From Chthoniobacterales bacterium (GTDB lineage Bacteria; Verrucomicrobiota; Verrucomicrobiia; Chthoniobacterales; Chthoniobacteraceae), in the NCBI GenBank assembly GCA_038207335.1, contig JBBQZX010000009.1, forward strand, positions 64,001 through 128,000: a stretch of 64,000 nucleotides of DNA. Reading direction: 5' to 3'. The position numbers and the translations under genes were made by a program. The notes beneath the pieces were generated by a model. That model searched no databases, was not told the DNA's origin, and was given only the letters and a program-made list of their open reading frames with translations. Shown piece by piece: positions 60,406-64,000 of this stretch. Each line of letters starts with the position of its first letter. The first letter of the stretch is position 1.

Positions 60406-63400
60406 GTGAATTCAAACGATAACAACCCCACTGATTCCTCGAAGCCGGTCCAGCCAAGTTTCGCCGAAGGCCAGAAACTTGCAGGCTGCTATGTCCTCCG
60501 TCGGCGAGTCGATGCCGGTGGCGGCGTCGATATCTGGCTGGCGCATGATCAGGTGCTCGGCAAAGATGTCTCTCTCCACTTCATTCCGCAGGAGATCCGC
60601 GCGGTTCCGGCGACGATGGATGCCGTGCGGCAGGAGGTGAAGCGGAACCGGCAGCTCATTCATCCAAATATCCTGCGAGTCTATGATTTTGTGGAAGAGG
60701 CGGACTGGTCTGCCATTTCGATGGATTGGTTCGAGGGGGAATCGCTCGCGTCGGTACTGGCTCGCAGGCCCGCGGGTTTTTTTGAGCCTGTGGACATCAA
60801 GGCGTGGACTGCCCAGCTTTGTGCGACGCTCGACGATGCTCACAAAGTACAACTCGTGCATCGCGACATTTCGCTGACGAATATCTTTGTGGAGAAGAGT
60901 GGGAAAATTCTCGTCGCCAATTTTGGGATCAGCCGTCTTTTGCAAGATGCGCTTGGCCGCCTGCGCGGACCGGAGGAAGCCGCCGCAGGAATGGCGTTCA
61001 TGAGCCCGCAACAGCTCGATGGCGAGCGTGCGAGCAGCAGCGACGACGTATATTCGTTCGGCGCGCTCGTGCAGACTTTGCTGGTCGGCGAGCCGCCGTT
61101 TACTGTTCGCGATATCGTCGCAAAAATCCGCCGGACCGTGCCGCTATCGATATCTGAGCGGCGTGCGCAACTCAAGAAGTCTGGAGCCGTGATTCCGGCC
61201 TCTTGGGAAAAAACAACCGCGGCTTGCCTCGAGAAAAGTCCTGAGCAACGACCGGCGGGCATGGCGGAAGTGGCGTCGCGCCTGATGATCGAAAAACCAG
61301 CAGGCGCGCTCGAGTCGGCGCCACCGGTGGTGGCTGTCACGGAATCCGTGCCCGCCAACGAGGCTGTGGCCGCTGTGCCTGCGATTGGGCTTGGAGCAGC
61401 GAAATCCGGACTTCGACCGGTGGATGTTCTGCGCGCAAAAGCGAAAGCCGCCGAAGAGGCGGAAGCCGCGGGTCCGGTAATAGTGCCACCTTTCGTAAAG
61501 CCGGCTGAACCCGCCATCAACAAGTCTGCCAAACCCTTGGCCGAGAAGCCGCCCACGCCGCCCAAATCCGAGCAGGACGCAATCCCCGAACACTTCCCGA
61601 GTTTTACGCCCCGCCGTTCGGGCTTCCCGCTCACCGGAGTCGCCGCTGGCATTATCCTCGTGGGAGTTACCGGATATTTGGCATTTTTCTATCCGGGCGA
61701 AAAAAACAACGGGTCGGCGTCCGATCCCGGTGGAGTCGAGCGCGAGGGTGCGAGTGACCTCGCGCCGGTGGCCAATGTCTTGGAAGGTGCGCCGGTTTCC
61801 GATGAAGCTCTTCCGGATAAGTCTGACAGCGATCCGCTTCCGACGCCGGATGCCGTGAATGCGCCTCTGCAGGTCGTGCAAATCACTCCCGCTCCGACTC
61901 CCGCAAATGTGGACAAGGGGACTACGGACGTGAGTGCCGCGACCGCTGCGCTGGAAAAGGCGAAGCACGAAGCGGAAGCCGCGGAGAAGCAGCAGGCCGA
62001 GATGTTGAAGCAGCAAAAGCAGGCCGAAGCGGCCGCTGCCGATGCGAAAAAGCAGCTCGAAGAGAAGACCAAGACGGCTGTGCCTGTTCAAAAAGCAGCC
62101 GCGGATGTCGCCACGCTTTTGCAGAAACGGGACGAAGAAATGCGCAGCGCGCAAGCCGCAGCGGACGAGGCGCAGAAAGCGGCGGCGGAGAAAGCCAAGC
62201 TCGCGGAAGATGCGAAAAAGGCATACGATACCGTCGCTGCCGACGGTCGCGAGAAGCTCGCGATGCAGCAAAAATCCGATACGGAGTTAAAAGCGTTGGG
62301 AAAAGCCATCGAGGATAAGCAGCGCGTTGCGACGGAGATGGAGAAATCCATTGCGGACGCAGCGGAGAAGCTCGAAGAGCAAAAAACCGCAATCAAGCGA
62401 AGCGAACAGGATCTTGCCGAAGCTAAGATGGCTGCGCAGAAAGTGGCCGAGGAAATGGCCGCGAAAAAAGCAGCCGAGGAAGCTGCGCGGATGGCAATGG
62501 AAAAACGTCACGCAGTTGAAACGGAGATTGAAGAAACCAAGCGCCTCTTCGCCGAGAAAATGAAGGCACTCGAGGACATGCTCAACAAAGGCTCCTCCAC
62601 GCCACCGGCGCCCGAGCCCTCCGGCAAACCGGATGCGCCTGCGGCCAAGCCCGGTGCCAACGCAAAGCCCGCAGCAGATGTGAAGCCTGTGGCGGCCACT
62701 GCGCCCCCCGCCGAAACGCTGCTAGCGATGAAGACGGAGGCGGCCAAACCCGGTGGCACACAAAAAACTGCTGTCGTTCCCGGAGGAGTCGAAAACAGCT
62801 TGGGGATGAAATTTGTCCCAGTCGGTGACGTGATGTTTTCGGTGTTTCAAACCCGCGTGAAGGAGTTTGAGACTTTCGCGAAGGAGACCGGGCTCAAATC
62901 GACTCTCTGGAAAGATCCCGGCTTCAAGCAGGGGCCCGATCATCCGGTCGTGAACGTGACATGGCAGGAGGCGATGACTTTTTGCAAATGGCTGAGTGCG
63001 AAGGAGCACAAAGATGGGAAGCTCGGGCAAAACCAAGCCTACCGGCTGCCCACCGACCTCGAATGGAGCAAGGCTGTCGGTCTCCCCGAAGAAAGCGGAA
63101 GAACGCCGGAGGCCCGGGATATGGGGGTGCCGGAGATTTACCCGTGGGGCAGCGCGTGGCCACCGCCTCCCGGTGCCGGAAACTACACGGGCGAGGAAAC
63201 CGGCTCCGATGTGGCGATCAAAGGCTACGACGACGGCTACGCGTGGACGTCGCCGGTGGGAAGTTTCCAGCCGAATAAATACGGACTTTACGACATGGGC
63301 GGCAACGTCTGGCAATGGTGCATGGACTCGTGGAACAGCGATCAGAAGGCCAAGGTCCTGCGGGGTGCCTCGTGGTACAACGGCGCTCTAAAGCTCAGCC

Positions 63401-63507
63401 TCCTCTCCTCCTGTCGCGTGCATGCAGCGCCCGATAGCAGTACTGACAACTATGGATTCCGCTGCGTCATCGCTTCGGGCGATTCAGGCAAAACCCCGAA
63501 GAAGTGA
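60406..63507 (+). CDS. Ser/Thr kinase-like (probable pseudokinase) + TM + coiled coil + FGE-sulfatase (SUMF1/CLec) domain protein
   Basis: HPNILRVYD, HRDIS..N, MSPQQ and DVYSFG; one TM; AEK-rich coil; RLPTDLEW, GLYDMGGNVWQW, RGASW and GFRCV. Confidence 0.88.
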   Translation: MNSNDNNPTDSSKPVQPSFAEGQKLAGCYVLRRRVDAGGGVDIWLAHDQVLGKDVSLHFIPQEIRAVPATMDAVRQEVKRNRQLIHPNILRVYDFVEEADWSAISMDWFEGESLASVLARRPAGFFEPVDIKAWTAQLCATLDDAHKVQLVHRDISLTNIFVEKSGKILVANFGISRLLQDALGRLRGPEEAAAGMAFMSPQQLDGERASSSDDVYSFGALVQTLLVGEPPFTVRDIVAKIRRTVPLSISERRAQLKKSGAVIPASWEKTTAACLEKSPEQRPAGMAEVASRLMIEKPAGALESAPPVVAVTESVPANEAVAAVPAIGLGAAKSGLRPVDVLRAKAKAAEEAEAAGPVIVPPFVKPAEPAINKSAKPLAEKPPTPPKSEQDAIPEHFPSFTPRRSGFPLTGVAAGIILVGVTGYLAFFYPGEKNNGSASDPGGVEREGASDLAPVANVLEGAPVSDEALPDKSDSDPLPTPDAVNAPLQVVQITPAPTPANVDKGTTDVSAATAALEKAKHEAEAAEKQQAEMLKQQKQAEAAAADAKKQLEEKTKTAVPVQKAAADVATLLQKRDEEMRSAQAAADEAQKAAAEKAKLAEDAKKAYDTVAADGREKLAMQQKSDTELKALGKAIEDKQRVATEMEKSIADAAEKLEEQKTAIKRSEQDLAEAKMAAQKVAEEMAAKKAAEEAARMAMEKRHAVETEIEETKRLFAEKMKALEDMLNKGSSTPPAPEPSGKPDAPAAKPGANAKPAADVKPVAATAPPAETLLAMKTEAAKPGGTQKTAVVPGGVENSLGMKFVPVGDVMFSVFQTRVKEFETFAKETGLKSTLWKDPGFKQGPDHPVVNVTWQEAMTFCKWLSAKEHKDGKLGQNQAYRLPTDLEWSKAVGLPEESGRTPEARDMGVPEIYPWGSAWPPPPGAGNYTGEETGSDVAIKGYDDGYAWTSPVGSFQPNKYGLYDMGGNVWQWCMDSWNSDQKAKVLRGASWYNGALKLSLLSSCRVHAAPDSSTDNYGFRCVIASGDSGKTPKK

Positions 63508-63583
63508 TCATGCTCCTGAAAGATCGCATTTTTTCGATTGCATTTGACCGCGACCTCGCAGACCTGACCCAACTCTACACTTT

Positions 63584-64000
63584 ATGAAACAACTATTCGG
63601 ACGCGCTGTTTTAGTCGCCGGGATCGCGGCGCTCCTTTGTTCGGAAAATTCCGCCAGTGCGCAGGATTTCTTCCGGGATTTCGGAACGTCCCGCTCTTCC
63701 GGCGGCATGGGTCCGGTCGCGCCCTCGGAATACACTTATGAGAATGTCGCACCCAGCGGCTATGCGGGATTTGCCGACGGCGGTGGACTTGCTCAGCAAT
63801 CCCCACTCTATAACAGCGGCCTCGGTGAGCAGACGCCGGAAGAGAAGTATAATTTTGCGATTGGGCCAATTCGCTTCAGCATGGCCGCGGGAATCGGCGT
63901 TGAATTTAACGACAACATCGACCTTTCCCAGAACGATCGGCAGTCGGATTTCATCCTCCGCCCGAGCCTGAGCATCGATGCAGCGTGGCACATCACCGAG
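63584..64000 (+). CDS. Putative outer-membrane beta-barrel protein, 3' end outside the window (absent from the ORF track)
   Basis: ATG at 63584 gives MKQLFGRAVLVAGIAALLCSENSASAQ and stays open to the window end; YNFAIGPIRFSMAAGIGVEFNDNI...SDFILRPSL. Confidence 0.7.
   Translation, partial: MKQLFGRAVLVAGIAALLCSENSASAQDFFRDFGTSRSSGGMGPVAPSEYTYENVAPSGYAGFADGGGLAQQSPLYNSGLGEQTPEEKYNFAIGPIRFSMAAGIGVEFNDNIDLSQNDRQSDFILRPSLSIDAAWHITE

Noticed and set aside
62790..63507. FGE/CLec C-terminus as a diversity-generating retroelement target
   Set aside because: No reverse transcriptase, Avd or adenine-variant template repeat was seen in the window; a trans-acting DGR elsewhere cannot be excluded.

Overview
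GC-rich bacterial window, most likely Verrucomicrobiota (Chthoniobacterales/Spartobacteria-like). This is inferred from PVC-typical families: an H-X9-DG-type prepilin, a PVC heme-c protein, ThuA and a kinase-FGE fusion. The first 32 kb is mostly housekeeping and envelope genes: the tail of a Gly-rich repeat protein, prepilin/DUF4956/VTC/PBP1A, trmD, a liv ABC transporter, rplU-rpmA, an NB-ARC-TPR (NLR-like) gene, an MBL-nuclease/ATP-dependent ligase fusion, STAS-PP2C-grpE-dnaJ and a heme-c protein. From 32 to 58 kb is a surface/adhesion island. On the minus strand, a giant SdrD-B/isopeptide adhesin with a damaged 5' part is followed by a secreted TPR-CHAT caspase-like protease, a CHASE2 adenylate cyclase and DUF928; this is the best candidate for an uncharacterised protease/cAMP adhesin-signalling system. 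Divergently, an inverse-autotransporter-like beta-barrel precedes a 2953-aa GEVED/Calx-beta/Ig adhesin and a truncated efflux adaptor. The window ends with a pseudokinase-FGE protein and the start of an outer-membrane beta-barrel. No rRNA, tRNA, CRISPR, transposase or reverse transcriptase was recognised. All family calls are from motif recognition by eye, not database searches.
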